Positions 52,153 through 64,000 of a stretch of DNA of 64,000 nt are shown piece by piece. The stretch spans positions 1 through 64,000 of the forward strand of contig CBFFRP010000208.1 of NCBI GenBank assembly GCA_965644295.1, read 5' to 3'. The translations under genes and the position numbers were made by a program. The stretch is from Paraphysomonas bandaiensis. Taxonomy: Eukaryota > Protista > Chrysophyceae. The notes under the pieces are model-generated. The model was given only the letters and a program-made list of their open reading frames with translations, was not told the origin of the DNA and made no database searches. Each line of letters starts with the position of its first letter. The first letter of the stretch is position 1.

Positions 52153-53046
52153 TGAATATGAAGTGCTCTCGAGTAGGTACTGGTAGGGCGGTGTTATTCA
52201 GTAGGTCATTATGTTATTTGGTCATGATGTCTGTAATAATAACCCCGTAATTTTCAATATTGTCAAGTCAATGCTTGTTCAATATCATGGCACTAAGCCC
52301 CGCTGCATGGTTCCACAGTAATGTTCATTTCTCATTAAAGAATTCATTAGAGCTATATGTAGTAGATTCTGTGCGCTCATTTTAGTAGATTATGGTTACA
52401 TCCTGTGAATCTATGAATATACAACTCTATTAACTTTATTACAGGGTATTTGAGCTATACCTTAATTCTTTATTCACAGTTGTATAGTGCACAGCTTCGG
52501 ACTTAAGCGCTAAATTAAAGTTTAGTGCGAATTACAACACAGTATATAATATATTTATAGCCGTAATGTGAACATTTTCTGATATCGGCATTATAAATTA
52601 TAGTTACAGGTTGCAGAAATCAATTCCTATTTATTGCAAACACTTACAAAGTACTTAATCGTTTCTCGGGCCTGCTTAATCCTGAAAATAGAAAATGCAA
52701 TATGTAATAATGTCCTAATTTCCCCAAATATTATAGTTAACATTTAACATCACTTCGATTACCGATTACAGCTTAAGATATTGACTAATACCAAAGCTAC
52801 AGAATATGGTTTGCTTGGCATCAATAAAATTGCAACAACTTCTACATATCAGTATACATGCATTTGTGACGGAGCTCATAAAATTAGTAGACTTAAATAA
52901 GATGCAAGGTATATGGCATTCGATGAAATGAAGCCACTGTAGCTAACGGCTTGTACACTAAGACACTCAAAACCGACGACAGTGCAAAAGTGCTCATCGT
53001 ACAGCGAAATATGACGGCAATAAGTTATTATATACTATAAATGACA

Positions 53047-53674
53047 CTACTGTTTCCCTTTCAGTAGCAAATCTTTGGCTTCATTCACTTTGGCAGCAAT
53101 AAATGGCGACCCTCCGCGATCTGGATGGTTATTGATAAGAATTCTGCGATGCGCATCTTTTATTCTGTCTACAGTGGCGGATTCTCGTACTCCCAATATA
53201 AGCGCAGCTTCCCTTTTCGTCATTTTGTCCTCAAATCCACCTGTATTATGCATCAACTAGTTGCCCCATATAAGTCATAAGTTACTTACCATCATAAAAA
53301 GTGGTCGCAAAGAAAGATTTAAAAAACCCTTCATTAGAAGCAGACGAGTTATCAGATTGTTTGTCAGTGGAACTATTATTAGAGGCCGATGCCTCCGCCT
53401 CAGCTGCTTTACTCTTGTTAGCTTGATACTCTTCATATGCCTTCATACCAACACGAGCCGTTACTGCCACTGCAAGGACACTAACGCCCCCTAAAATCAA
53501 TGTGTTCTCTCGTCTCGGTGTGATGCTATAGTGTCTTCTTATAGGCGTAATAGACAATCCAGAGTCATGCGTTGACTTGTTATCGCTATAATATAATCCA
53601 TGAGAGGAGTGACGGAGCAGTTGTTTAGCTGCTTGATGTGAGTATGATCGTGATTGTCTTAACGTACTGATCAT
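53047..53674 (-). CDS. PAM18: Mitochondrial import motor J-protein PAM18/TIM14
   Basis: FYD|[18 protein letters not shown]...[29 protein letters not shown], preceded by a TM segment and presequence. Confidence 0.95.
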
Positions 53675-54270
53675 GATAATCAATGCTCAGATATGTAATC
53701 TATGGACTGTTAATTGTCGTATAAATGACTGTCGTGATGCACTGAGACTGAGAGCAGAGCAGATGAGTGTGTTCTATGAGGTCGCTTCTGTTTTTGTTCG
53801 AGTTCCGATGATTGGTACATACAGTCTATACTGCTGTCTGTCTGTATATGTATGTATGAGGATGGTATTCCAAAAAAACAACAGGGATGATAATGGATGG
53901 AGGACAGATACTATCATGTAGACGGGCTACGATACCGGACGACACTACCGGTTCATCACAATATACTGAATTTCAGGATTTCTAGTGAGAAAAACATGCA
54001 TGTGTTTTTCCGTTTCAGTCATATGGAGCAGTGCATACATACTGTACATACATATACATACACTGCTGTAGCTACTAACTGCATGAGTAGATGCGTGTGG
54101 ATTGTTTGCTTTAATGAAATGATTCGATCAAGCGTTAGGTCGGTAACATCTGTGCTCAGGCCACAGTTGTCGGTAGATATAGATGCAGTATGAGTGTGGT
54201 CATATAGTTATATACAGCAGAAGTCTCTCTTCGACCATACAGATATAACCATACCAGCATACACATTAAC

Positions 54271-56409
54271 ATGCTAACAGTGCCGTCTCGTCACTCATCC
54301 GACTATGAAGTCTACAATAAAAACACTGTTAATTTTTTCTGGTCGGAGAAGTGTGTGTTGGTGGTGAAGTATCTTCAGGTCTATGGTGTCATGTGGAACA
54401 TGGCTCAAGTCTGGAAGTGGCCCTATATTTGGATCGCATGGACGCAGTGGACTGTTTGGTTTAACTTGGATTGGTTCAGCACATCGTCTAGAGGTGCTCT
54501 GAGAGGGAAATCACAGACAGATATTAACAAATGGGGTGAGTTGGATGGGTATTTAGTTATCTATGCTCTACCTTTTATTATTGTACCGGTTGTTTGCATC
54601 CTGATGACTGTGCTGTATCAACAGCTCCTCAAACGACGCAAATTTCAGCTGCAAGGGTATACAGCAGCAACTACGGCTCTTCTGCTCCAATTTTTGCAAT
54701 TATCATATATGCCTGTTTGTCTGGCTGTTTCACGCGTATTCTACTGTGAGACCAACGGAGAGTTATCCGTGGACCCCTCCAAGCGCTGCTGGACTGGTGA
54801 ACATTTGGTTGTATCGATATGCTGCTTACTGTTGGGTGTTCCACTATTTATTGGTCTACCTGCTTTGATATATCGTTATATTGACCAAACGGTGGTGTAC
54901 GACCTTGAATCTGATCACGAGAGACGACTCCAAGCGTGGGAACTGTCTTACATATTTGACCTCGACGATGTCTGGCTGAGGTTGCAGTTATGGCTAACAT
55001 CATCCTTTCGTTTACAGGGCGCATACTTCTCGTTTTATCAACTTATTTTTCAAGCCTATTGCTTAGTTCTCTTTCTTTGCTTCAGATTCAGCATCGCAGC
55101 CCAGTCCACTCTCTTTTGCTTGGGATGCGTTTTGTGTTTTTTGCTCACTCTTCGTACCCAGCCTTATCGCAATCCTTCCTCCAATGTCGTCGCTTGTGTA
55201 CTGGGTGCTTTATTAGTCGTGAATTCAGCATTTGGCATGTTCAATGCGTATGGCGTCCAAAACTCTGTCATGGTATCTGGGACAGAGACCGTGTGCCTAC
55301 TGGGATTCAACAGCGCCGGCGCCATGTGCCTGATTATTGTAGTGATATGGTGTATGTGTAGTGGTGGCTATACGTGGCCCTCACATCGAACTCTACATCG
55401 GATTAGGTCGAGCTCTCTGTGGCCTGTTGTGGAGAGATGGGTGGCCGCAGTGCGAGAAGGATATGCCGTAGATGCAGATTGTTATCTATGTTCCCCAGAG
55501 TGCGTAGATATTCTCGGACTGGAGGAACGAATTAGAGCTCTGCGTCGAGCCTGGCTAGATGCATCATCTGTTGGAAGTGTGTTCACAGTAATTTTAAGCG
55601 ATGCCTTAGAGCAGTTGCTACGCACTCACGCTGTAATGGCGCCTGTAGCTCTCAGGGGCAAAGAGGTGTGGGATAAAGCCTGGATAAGTGGAGGGCGAGA
55701 AGCGTTTATGAAGAGGGAGCGTACATATAAACTGGTCCCCCCTCGTAAGCGTAGAATAATCACAAAGCTACTGGCACTCAAAGCTTTCATTGGTGACCGC
55801 TCTATCCGCCGATTAGATGATGACGATCCCGACTATGACGAGTTCGGAATGTCAATGACAGTTCGCCGCCAGTTAACATCTATGCTTGTTGGCAGCACAG
55901 ACGCTGATGATATGCACCATCGACGCAATTCAACATTCGCGCCAAAGTCTCGTCTAGCTGCGGAGGAAGAGAAAAAGAGAAAGGAGATGTGGTCCAGTGA
56001 CGATGCACATGAGAAGTCGGCTCTGATCGTCAGGGATCTTACGGAAAAGACGGAAGCATTCCTTAAGACGTGTAAGAAGGAAAAGGAGGAAATGGATATC
56101 GTTGTTAGTTTACTGCGACAATGGGACGACATCGTATGTCAGTACGAGAAACACGAACTAGAGGGAGGTGCTGGTTTTTCAGATACTAACGCTGAGGAAT
56201 GGTTCACCTACAGACACATTCTGAGCAACATCCTCAGGGAAATGGATCCACTGGTAGACGCGGAGTCTGAAGGGTCAATTTACTCCACCATGGACGATCA
56301 ATTTGACCAAGCTGAAGATGTTGTGGAGCCTTCATTAACGGAAGAAATACAACAACAGGCACAGGGAATGCTATCTCTGAGTAGTCGTGATGTATCAGAT
56401 AAAGTCTAA
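54271..56409 (+). CDS. Uncharacterised intronless multi-pass membrane protein (712 aa) with a long C-terminal cytoplasmic region
   Basis: Long ORF with 7-8 hydrophobic segments. YLQV, C...L.VDPS..CWTGEH and QPYR..N motifs are typical of protist TRP-like/7TM C-terminal modules. Confidence 0.8.
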   Translation: MLTVPSRHSSDYEVYNKNTVNFFWSEKCVLVVKYLQVYGVMWNMAQVWKWPYIWIAWTQWTVWFNLDWFSTSSRGALRGKSQTDINKWGELDGYLVIYALPFIIVPVVCILMTVLYQQLLKRRKFQLQGYTAATTALLLQFLQLSYMPVCLAVSRVFYCETNGELSVDPSKRCWTGEHLVVSICCLLLGVPLFIGLPALIYRYIDQTVVYDLESDHERRLQAWELSYIFDLDDVWLRLQLWLTSSFRLQGAYFSFYQLIFQAYCLVLFLCFRFSIAAQSTLFCLGCVLCFLLTLRTQPYRNPSSNVVACVLGALLVVNSAFGMFNAYGVQNSVMVSGTETVCLLGFNSAGAMCLIIVVIWCMCSGGYTWPSHRTLHRIRSSSLWPVVERWVAAVREGYAVDADCYLCSPECVDILGLEERIRALRRAWLDASSVGSVFTVILSDALEQLLRTHAVMAPVALRGKEVWDKAWISGGREAFMKRERTYKLVPPRKRRIITKLLALKAFIGDRSIRRLDDDDPDYDEFGMSMTVRRQLTSMLVGSTDADDMHHRRNSTFAPKSRLAAEEEKKRKEMWSSDDAHEKSALIVRDLTEKTEAFLKTCKKEKEEMDIVVSLLRQWDDIVCQYEKHELEGGAGFSDTNAEEWFTYRHILSNILREMDPLVDAESEGSIYSTMDDQFDQAEDVVEPSLTEEIQQQAQGMLSLSSRDVSDKV

Positions 56410-57128
56410 ATTCCCATCGAACTTCTGAAATAATGTAGATATATACTATTTTGATAGTAATCGTTAGAATTTTGTACATGCGACTTATAGTAATTAAATA
56501 GATATAATGCCTAATAATTAGTGATATTTTTAAGGAATAGATCTCAGGATGTATCAGAAATCTCGATTTGTAACCTCGTTGCCCTACAAGCTATCGAAGA
56601 AGATATTGTCATTCATTATAAAGTAGTCCTGCAATACTGCAACATGTATTGTTGAGTACTAAAAACTTTTGCCATTCAGACAGATAACAATTCACAGTAT
56701 ATAACGCCGAAGTAAAGATATTCTTAAATAATTTCTAAGTCGGGGAAAAGGTGAAATGATGAAAGAAGACTCCGGGACTATATATTTACCTATTAAAAGC
56801 ATTCAGTAGAGACTGATGGCTTACATCATAACTGTATTAACCTGTCATCTATAATATCTACAATCATTAGTAGCTACTATATTACATCGCTCTTATGTAG
56901 TCATACACTCCAGGACGAGTTCCAATGTCGGCTTCTTCAGACCAGATACATAGTAATACTTATCGCTGCAACAAGTCTAACTGAGTATCGCTAAACATTT
57001 CTCAATGTACACTAATGCGTGATGGTCTCTTATTAATTGAAAACATGACTAAGCACTATGTTCATAGATATAAAAAGAAAACACACGTCATGATGTGACG
57101 GGACGAAACACAATGTGTGAGACTGACA

Positions 57129-57518
57129 TTAGATCATGACAGAGGGGTTCTCTGGATACAAAGAGCTTACTATCGATTGCCTGTGTACACCAGTCAAGCA
57201 GATATAAGCCTCTCATGTGTGTTACCTGGTGAGCACTCCAAGATGAACCAGCCCTTCATTGTACTTCACCTCTGCCTCTGCCGGGGCAAGGGAAACATTC
57301 TCTCTAAATTCTGTCCTCACTCTTCTATAGGCGTATGATCGAAAGTTATAGTCCTGATCACAGTGTCAGTACACACATACACAGACACACATACACAGGC
57401 ATATACATATATATACATATATATACATGGAACAGCGAAACGAGTTGTGACTTACAGTAAAGTTCTTTGCTGCCCTGAGAAGGGAACGATAGAGGAATAA
57501 GGGGTTCCTTGGTTGCAT
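57129..57518 (-). CDS. ISD11: LYR-motif protein ISD11/LYRM4 (3 exons; absent from the ORF track)
   Basis: Spliced product: MQPRNPLFLYRSLLRAAKNFT|DYNFRSYAYRRVRTEFRENVSLAPAEAEVKYNEGLVHLGVLTR|QSIVSSLYPENPSVMI*. Confidence 0.92.
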
Positions 57519-58032
57519 GTTAGTGATTCAGTGGGTGGTAATAAGGTGGCTGTGATCAGTGTATGTATATATGTTTGTATGAGTATGTGTGTATGAGCAT
57601 TAATGGACTGCCTGGTGTGCGTGTTCTGCAACTCTATTCTATAGAGGTATACTGCTGTAGTACACTATATACGTACAGCTGTATGTCTGTCTGTGTACTG
57701 GTATATCAGTCCAGAGTCATACATCTGACACATGCATATCCAGCATACTGTACTGATATACTGCTGTACTGCCGTACTACCACGTATGATACCCACCTTT
57801 ACACTGGTACGTACTTGTGCAGTGTAGACTCACACACCTATACACTACAGCAGCAGTAGTTGGTACTGTAGTTGGTACTGTAGGTAGGAGGAGTATGCAG
57901 ATCCTCCTGCTGCAGACTGTGCATATAAAAGCATAGTAGTGTATATTGCAGCACAGCTCCTCCACTATCCCCCTCTCTTGCAACACCACACGCCCTGAGG
58001 TATCCTGTGCCGCAATCAACGTGTTCAGTAGC

Positions 58033-59494
58033 ATGGTGGCATCAGCAGTATTTATAATGGACCTGAAAGGGAAGGTCATCATATCCCGCAACTACAGGGG
58101 AGATATCCCTATGAACGTATCAGAGAGGTGCTCTGACCCCATCCAATCATATCATACTCATATCTATGGTCAGGTTTGCGATATATATTCAGGAGAGGGA
58201 CGAGATGGAACTACGGCCTGTATTCACAGACGAAGGCATCACGTTCGTGTATATTAAGGTACGTGGAGCGACAGGCTCTTAACAACTCCTTACTTACAGT
58301 CTACAGTGCAATAACTTATTGCTAATGGCGGTGACGAAGAGAAACTCGAATATCTCCTTACTTTTATTCTTCCTCTACAGACTGACAAATGTTAGTTGTC
58401 GACTTGTATATATATGACACGTTAATGTTGCTGTAGGTATTTAAAGATTATTTCGGGGAGTTGGAGGAGGAAAGTATCCGAGATAATTTTGTGGTAGTTT
58501 ATGAATTGCTTGACGAAACTGTGGATTTTGGCTACCCCCAGACTTGTGAATCTAGAATCCTTAGAGAGTATGATGTCACTGTTGTTATATCATTGCTAAC
58601 TTCAATCTATATAGAGTGGTAACTCAAGAGAGCAACAGGCTCGAAGTTGCGCCAAGACCCCCTGTTGCCCTCACCAACGCAGTGTCCTGGCGTTCTGAGG
58701 GTATTAAGCACAGAAAGAATGAGATATTCCTTGATGTCGTTGAGAAACTCAATTTACTCGTTTCGAGCAACGGCACGGTGCTTCATTCTGAGATTATCGG
58801 GTGCATCCAGATGAAGTCTTTCTTGTCTGGAATGCCTGAGTTGAAGTTGGGTCTCAACGACAAGCTTATGTTTGAAGCCACAGGTCGGTCTACTTCTCGA
58901 GTGAAGGCAGTTGAGTTGGAGGATATCAAGTTTCACCAGTGCGTTCGCCTTGCTCGGTTCGAGAATGACCGCACTATATCATTCATTCCTCCTGATGGAG
59001 AATTCGAGCTCATGACCTACCGCCTCAATACACATGTAAAGCCCTTGATATGGGTGGAAGCCGTAGTTGAGCCACACAGTCATTCTCGTATTGAGTACTT
59101 GATCAAGGCGAAGAGTCAATTTAAGAGCCGCTCCATTGCTAATAACGTCGAGATTGTAATCCCGGTTCCTCAGGACGTGGACTCCCCATCGTTCAAAGCC
59201 TCCATAGGCACTGTGACCTACTTTCCTGACCGTGACGCAATTATCTGGTCTATTAAGCAATTCACAGGTTCGAAGGAGTACCTAATGCGAGCGCACTTTG
59301 GCCTCCCGTCAATAACTGGAGAGGACGCTGAACATTGGCGTGCACCTATTGAAGTGAAGTTTGAAATTCCTTACTTCACTGTTTCTGGCTTGCAGGTTCG
59401 TTACCTAAAGATTATCGAAAAGTCCGGATATCAGGCTCTACCATGGGTACGCTATATTACGATGAACGGCAATTACCAACTCCGTATGAGCTAA
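58033..59494 (+). CDS. AP1M1: AP-1 adaptor complex mu subunit
   Basis: MVASAVFIMDLKGKVIISRNYRGD, EEESIRDNFVVVYELLDE, VSWRSEGIKHRKNEIFLDVVE, FHQCVRL and YQALPWVRYIT. Confidence 0.98.
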
Positions 59495-60107
59495 TCGCTT
59501 TGACTTGCTAATTACCGACCAGTTTCATGGTTCTTTGTTCTCACTAGACTTCATTGTGTGAGGAGATATATTGAGGGATATCGTAATAATAATAAGAGAA
59601 TTACTGTAATCTATAGCGTCATTAAGATGTTCCAAGCAGTGGATAGAAGCAGTAGTTAGATATCGTCGACAGTTTACCAATAAGGCGGAAGGATTTATTC
59701 TTAATCCAACTGGGGTAGCTAATAAAATTGTTGGAGCTGATCAGAGTTGAGAATATTGAACTTGTGATAATACATCGTCAATATGTCAATAGAGTATATG
59801 AGTACATTGTATATTGAGCACGTCAAAAGTATACATTATATATTATGTATTATGCACTGTTTCCTATGAAATATCTTTGTGCTTATGTCAATGAATATGT
59901 ACTATTTACTCATGTGAAAGTGATTTCATGTCCTAATCTATTCGATTAGGGTTAGGGTCATAACTTTAAGAATGTCAAGATATTAACTACAATTCTATAT
60001 TCGACTGAATGATATAAAATTAATTAACTGAATTATACTCAATTACTTAAAAGACCACATGAATTACTCACAAATGAATAAGGTCCTTGAACATATAGCT
60101 ATGATTG

Positions 60108-61069
60108 TCACTCTATAATTCTATACCGAGGTAGCATTGCCCTTCTTTCTTCCTAAGGAAAGCATTATAATCGAAACATGAAAGGGAAAGAAACATACCA
60201 TTGAAAGCGGACTATCTTCGTAGATGAGTTTAAACTCTGAGGGAGGGGGTGGGGGTGGAGCAGCAGATGTTTCACTCGATGGGGTTGCTGTAGAAGGAGA
60301 AGGAGCACCAGACACAGCAGAAGATCCGGGTGGGAGTGGTGCAGGAGCACTGGCGTTGGGAGGTGGTCGGGTATTAAGTGGCAAGGGAAGACCTGGGCGA
60401 GGCGGCTGAAAAGGAGGTGGAGCATGCATAGGCATAGGCATCGGTGCTGGGGGACGCGGCTGTCCGTAAGGGCCAGGAGGTGGAGGGTAGCCAGCAGCAA
60501 GAGGGTATGGAGGTACTGGAGGATAAGGAGGGACCATTCCCCTCGGTGGCATGATTGGGTGACCAGCAACAGCGGCAAATGTTGTAGGATCAGTCGGCGC
60601 AGAGGTTTTAAATCTCTTTGCGGATGCAGGCAATAGATCATCCGGGATGCCCTCCCTACCAAAAAAAGTGAATGCAATCACTCACAGGTAGAAATGACTT
60701 ACATTCCGTAGACCTCATTTTCAACTGAATCTCTGCCTGGTTTAGCATTGGGGACACTAAAATATAATATCATATACAAATAAAATCCAGAAATACAAAA
60801 TAGTACGTCGTAATTGCTTCTTTATGTACTTGAGTGACATGAATGACGAGTCCACCCACAGTTGAGAGCTTCTTCGCACATAAGTGACACTTAAAGTGCT
60901 TCGCTTTCTGATGTTGAATTAGTATCTTCTCATCAGTAAACTCACGATCTAAAATACATATGAATGAGAGGCATCAGTGAGAGGGAGTCTCTTGATATGT
61001 ACCACAATAGAAGCAGTAAATGCTGGGCCTTTCCTCGACTACTTCTTTGGCTTTATTCTTCTTCCCCAT
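60108..61069 (-). CDS. ZNF207: BUB3-interacting C2H2 zinc finger protein BuGZ/ZNF207
   Basis: MGKK..YCFYC|[54 protein letters not shown]|EGIP, a Pro-rich middle and C-terminal SM|[10 protein letters not shown]. Confidence 0.93.
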
Positions 61070-61650
61070 TCAATTATATTGCTGCGATAGCAATGAAGTG
61101 GATAATGTGATGGTAGATGAGGTCAATATGGGCGAGGAATGGTTTCGCAACAGGCTATATGGCAGGATAGATAAGGTAGAATATGAACTGATGGAGATGG
61201 ACTGCCACATACATAAACACAAGCAACTTAAGCTGCTGTGGTGCAGTATTAGCGGGGTATTCGGAGCTGTATTTTATAACCCTACAGGAGATAGATTCCA
61301 GCACTGTATGCATAGCACTGTATACGACGACTACACCGGAGACTACATATGGCTGTGGGTCGCACATATGGCAGTACGTGACATCTAGATCAATCCATCA
61401 CTGCTGTATACCAGACTGTATTCTACACACATCTCATTCATGTGTATATCCTGCTGCTCCTCCCACTGAAACCCATCACCGCACGGTGGTGTCCCTTGAA
61501 GATATTTCTCATGGTGTATGGATTGCTCCAGAAGCCAATCGGATGTTGCCAGCAAATGTTACATACCAAATACAGCATCACATACAACACCTGCAACACC
61601 TCATCGTTCAGATCAGTTGTTGGCTCCACTAAACAGGTAGCTTATTCAGT

Positions 61651-62394
61651 ATGGGTCTCCACTTTTCCCGCATATGGGAACGCATGTTTGGTAAGCGCAT
61701 TCTTATGGTTGGTTTGGATGCTGCTGGAAAGGTATTAGACTCTAAGCTATGCGATCTTTCAATATATGCTGATGACTATCTTTACAGACCACAATCCTCT
61801 ACAAGTTGAAGTTAGGTGAAGTGGTGACGACCATCCCGACTATCGGTACATTAAACACGTGTGTGTTTATTCGTTTAATTCATATCTTTAGGCTTCAATG
61901 TTGAGACTGTTGAGTACAAGAATATTAGCTTCACTGTGTGGGACGTAGGGGGGCAGGTATGCCTATACTCTCGTACAATTGATGGGTTAGATTGTTTACT
62001 TTATATTATAGGATAAAATCCGTCCTCTGTGGAGACACTACTATCAGAATACACAAGGACTGATCTTTGTTGTCGACTCTAACGATCGTGATCGTATTGA
62101 TGCCGGTGCGTCATCATTTATCATTTCAAAAATATGTAGTTATTGTTTTCTTTAGCACGCGACGAACTTCACAGAATGCTCAATGAAGACGAGCTCCGCG
62201 ACTCTATCCTCTTGGTATTCGCCAACAAGCAGGATCTGCCGAACGCGATGAGCGCCGCCGAGATGACTGACAAACTTGGCCTGCACGGACTCCGCCATAG
62301 ACAGTGGTATATTCAGGCATGTTGTGCCACCACTGGAGATGGTCTCTACGAAGGGCTTGACTGGCTCTCTGCTACTCTCCAAAAGAGGGCGTAA
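61651..62394 (+). CDS. ARF1: ADP-ribosylation factor 1 (5 exons)
   Basis: [27 protein letters not shown]|[19 protein letters not shown]|[17 protein letters not shown]|[31 protein letters not shown]. Confidence 0.97.
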
Positions 62395-63785
62395 TTAATC
62401 CTTTGTGATACCTTCTATAGACACCAGGCTTAGAACCCGTACCTTTGAACGTAGTCTTGGTAATCACCTCTGTGGGAGTTTTGTTTATTGTTATAATGTC
62501 GGCTAATAATGATGTTGCTTACGATCGGTATGTCATATTATTCTTTTGTGCTTTCATCGGAGCTGCTGCTGGAGTGTACCACATCCAAATATCAAAATTG
62601 CCTTCAATTATGATAAGAGATAGTCGTTAGCACATTAGAGCACACAAGAAAAAAATAAATCACTGAAAGCATGAACATAATCAACTGAATATCATTTCAC
62701 ACAATGTTAAAATACGTATACTTCCCTAATATCGAACTTACTATCAAACAAAACTGTAAACGGGTATAAGTTACATAGTGTGAAACTAAAGCACCGTAAC
62801 CCGCAACGATGATTCAGTTAAAGATTATCAGTGGTTGACGACGCACTTTAAGCCTAATGAAGTATGCAATGTGCACGCAGTAATAGGTAATAGTAACCTG
62901 TAATCTATCAGGTCGCTATATCGACTTAACCTTCCTTCGACGATGAATCTAAGGGCTGAGGAAGTATATTCTAGTAGTACTGTAAGGTAGCGTCCTATCG
63001 ATAATATTGCAATACTTTCTAACCGCCCCAGCAATGCAATTGCAATATATTTGTGGGATTAATCAGCAGTACAGTTTGTTTATTTTTTATTATGGCATCG
63101 TACAGTATACAAATTCTTGTTGCAAGTAAGCGTTAATGGATAACAATACCACTACTAATTTTCGCTGATTAGGCACTGCGACAATTGAACCAAAAGCTCA
63201 TGGGTCTTTACCAGACAACATAAAAGTATGTCGTGAGTGTCTCAAAAAGAAGCTACAAATATGGAGGGACCAATTTAGAAGCAGAAGGTAATAAAACATT
63301 CAAGAAATATGTACAGGTATATTGACTGTTTTTCTCTCTCTTATGTCAGTATGTAATTCGAAATGAGCATTGCCTGGTTGCACTTGCTGAGAGTGGTGTT
63401 CTTACTAGTGTTTGTAGATGTGAACGAGGGATTAGAATATTGAGAGCGGTGCATGTAATCTTGATGCTGCTACTAATAACTGGGTAACCAACCACATACT
63501 AGATCTTACTCAGTATATTGTATTGAGTGTGGTCTGATTTCAGTCTACTGTATGTCCTCTTTGTCCCTGTGGGTGTCTCTGGCTGCGCCATAAAACTCCC
63601 TATTCGAAGTCATAGAATGTAAAATCATCGAGATTTGGCTAGAAACCCCCATATTTCTCCAGAATGGTGTTTTTATATTGTAGGAATATCCCTGATTTCC
63701 AGTATGAAAACCAGTTTTCCTGTATGCATTCTGCTATCAATACTCTGTAAGAGTGTATGTATAGATCTGACTGTGCAGGGTATAT

Positions 63786-64000
63786 ATGCCCATTACTGGT
63801 AGATTACCCCGCCATGAACTCCTCCTCATGTCATACCAGTGAATCCCCTATCCATACAGTGGTGTTGGTGGGTAAGGTGCCCACTCTGTCAATGACCAAA
63901 ACACGCCTAATTCCCTCTATTGGAGAGCTGTCTACCCTCATGCTGTGTCAGTCGATGATAAAGGACACCCTCTCCTGTGTCTCCTGTCAGGTGATGGAGA
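63786..64000 (+). CDS. 5' end of a DUF2064 / TIGR04282-like (CofC-related GT-A fold) protein, truncated by window end
   Basis: Splicing 63799-63859 gives MPITVVLVGKVPTLSMTKTRLIPSIGELSTLMLCQSMIKDTL, resembling the family N-terminus hhhhK.P..G.VKTRL...IG...A..L...ML.DTL. Confidence 0.68.

Noticed and set aside
59947-59959. TTAGGGTTAGGG telomere-like motif (also ~50866-50877)
   Set aside because: Only two units; not an array, and expected by chance.
1114-62630. Numerous 60-190 aa ORFs antisense to or overlapping real genes, and ORFs starting at GTG/TTG
   Set aside because: Shadow frames or intron read-through produced by prokaryote-style ORF calling on spliced eukaryotic genes.
62950-63055. 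AGGGCTGAGGAA plus CAATATATT/ATTGCAAT motifs resembling the left end of the 29327 MITE
   Set aside because: No matching right TIR or TSD; too degraded to call.

Overview
Compact, intron-rich eukaryotic nuclear DNA with short GT-AG introns (mostly about 45-140 bp). It is most likely from a stramenopile, inferred from the ARF1 and Sec61 N-termini and the TE content. The ORF track fragments nearly every gene and misses the recognisable parts of three that I rebuilt by manual splicing: a THAQKYF MYB factor, ISD11/LYRM4 and a DUF2064-like gene. About 19 host genes are present: Sec23/24-like, pinin, FATP, myosin, MYB, Sec61a, a dual-domain membrane cyclase, mitochondrial PNPase, MESD-like, gamma-CA, two Cys-rich single-pass paralogues, PAM18, a 712-aa multi-TM protein, ISD11, AP-1 mu, ZNF207, ARF1 and DUF2064-like. 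Fourteen of them form seven head-to-head pairs with similar ATG-to-ATG spacing. Mobile DNA includes a full-length IS630/Tc1-type DD109E transposon (28-bp TIRs, TA flanks) mirrored by a decayed twin in a >=1.3-kb palindrome, decayed hAT copies, a hAT-like MITE, a ~190-bp hairpin-bearing dispersed element, and a Crinkler-like REase-HhH pseudogene. The strongest novelty candidates are the fold-back transposon pair, the divergent Cys-rich receptor-like pair, a PNPase with a C-terminal SAP-like domain, an inverted-domain E/S/H guanylyl cyclase, and a bacterial-type DUF2064 gene. All family calls come from recalled motifs; no searches were run.
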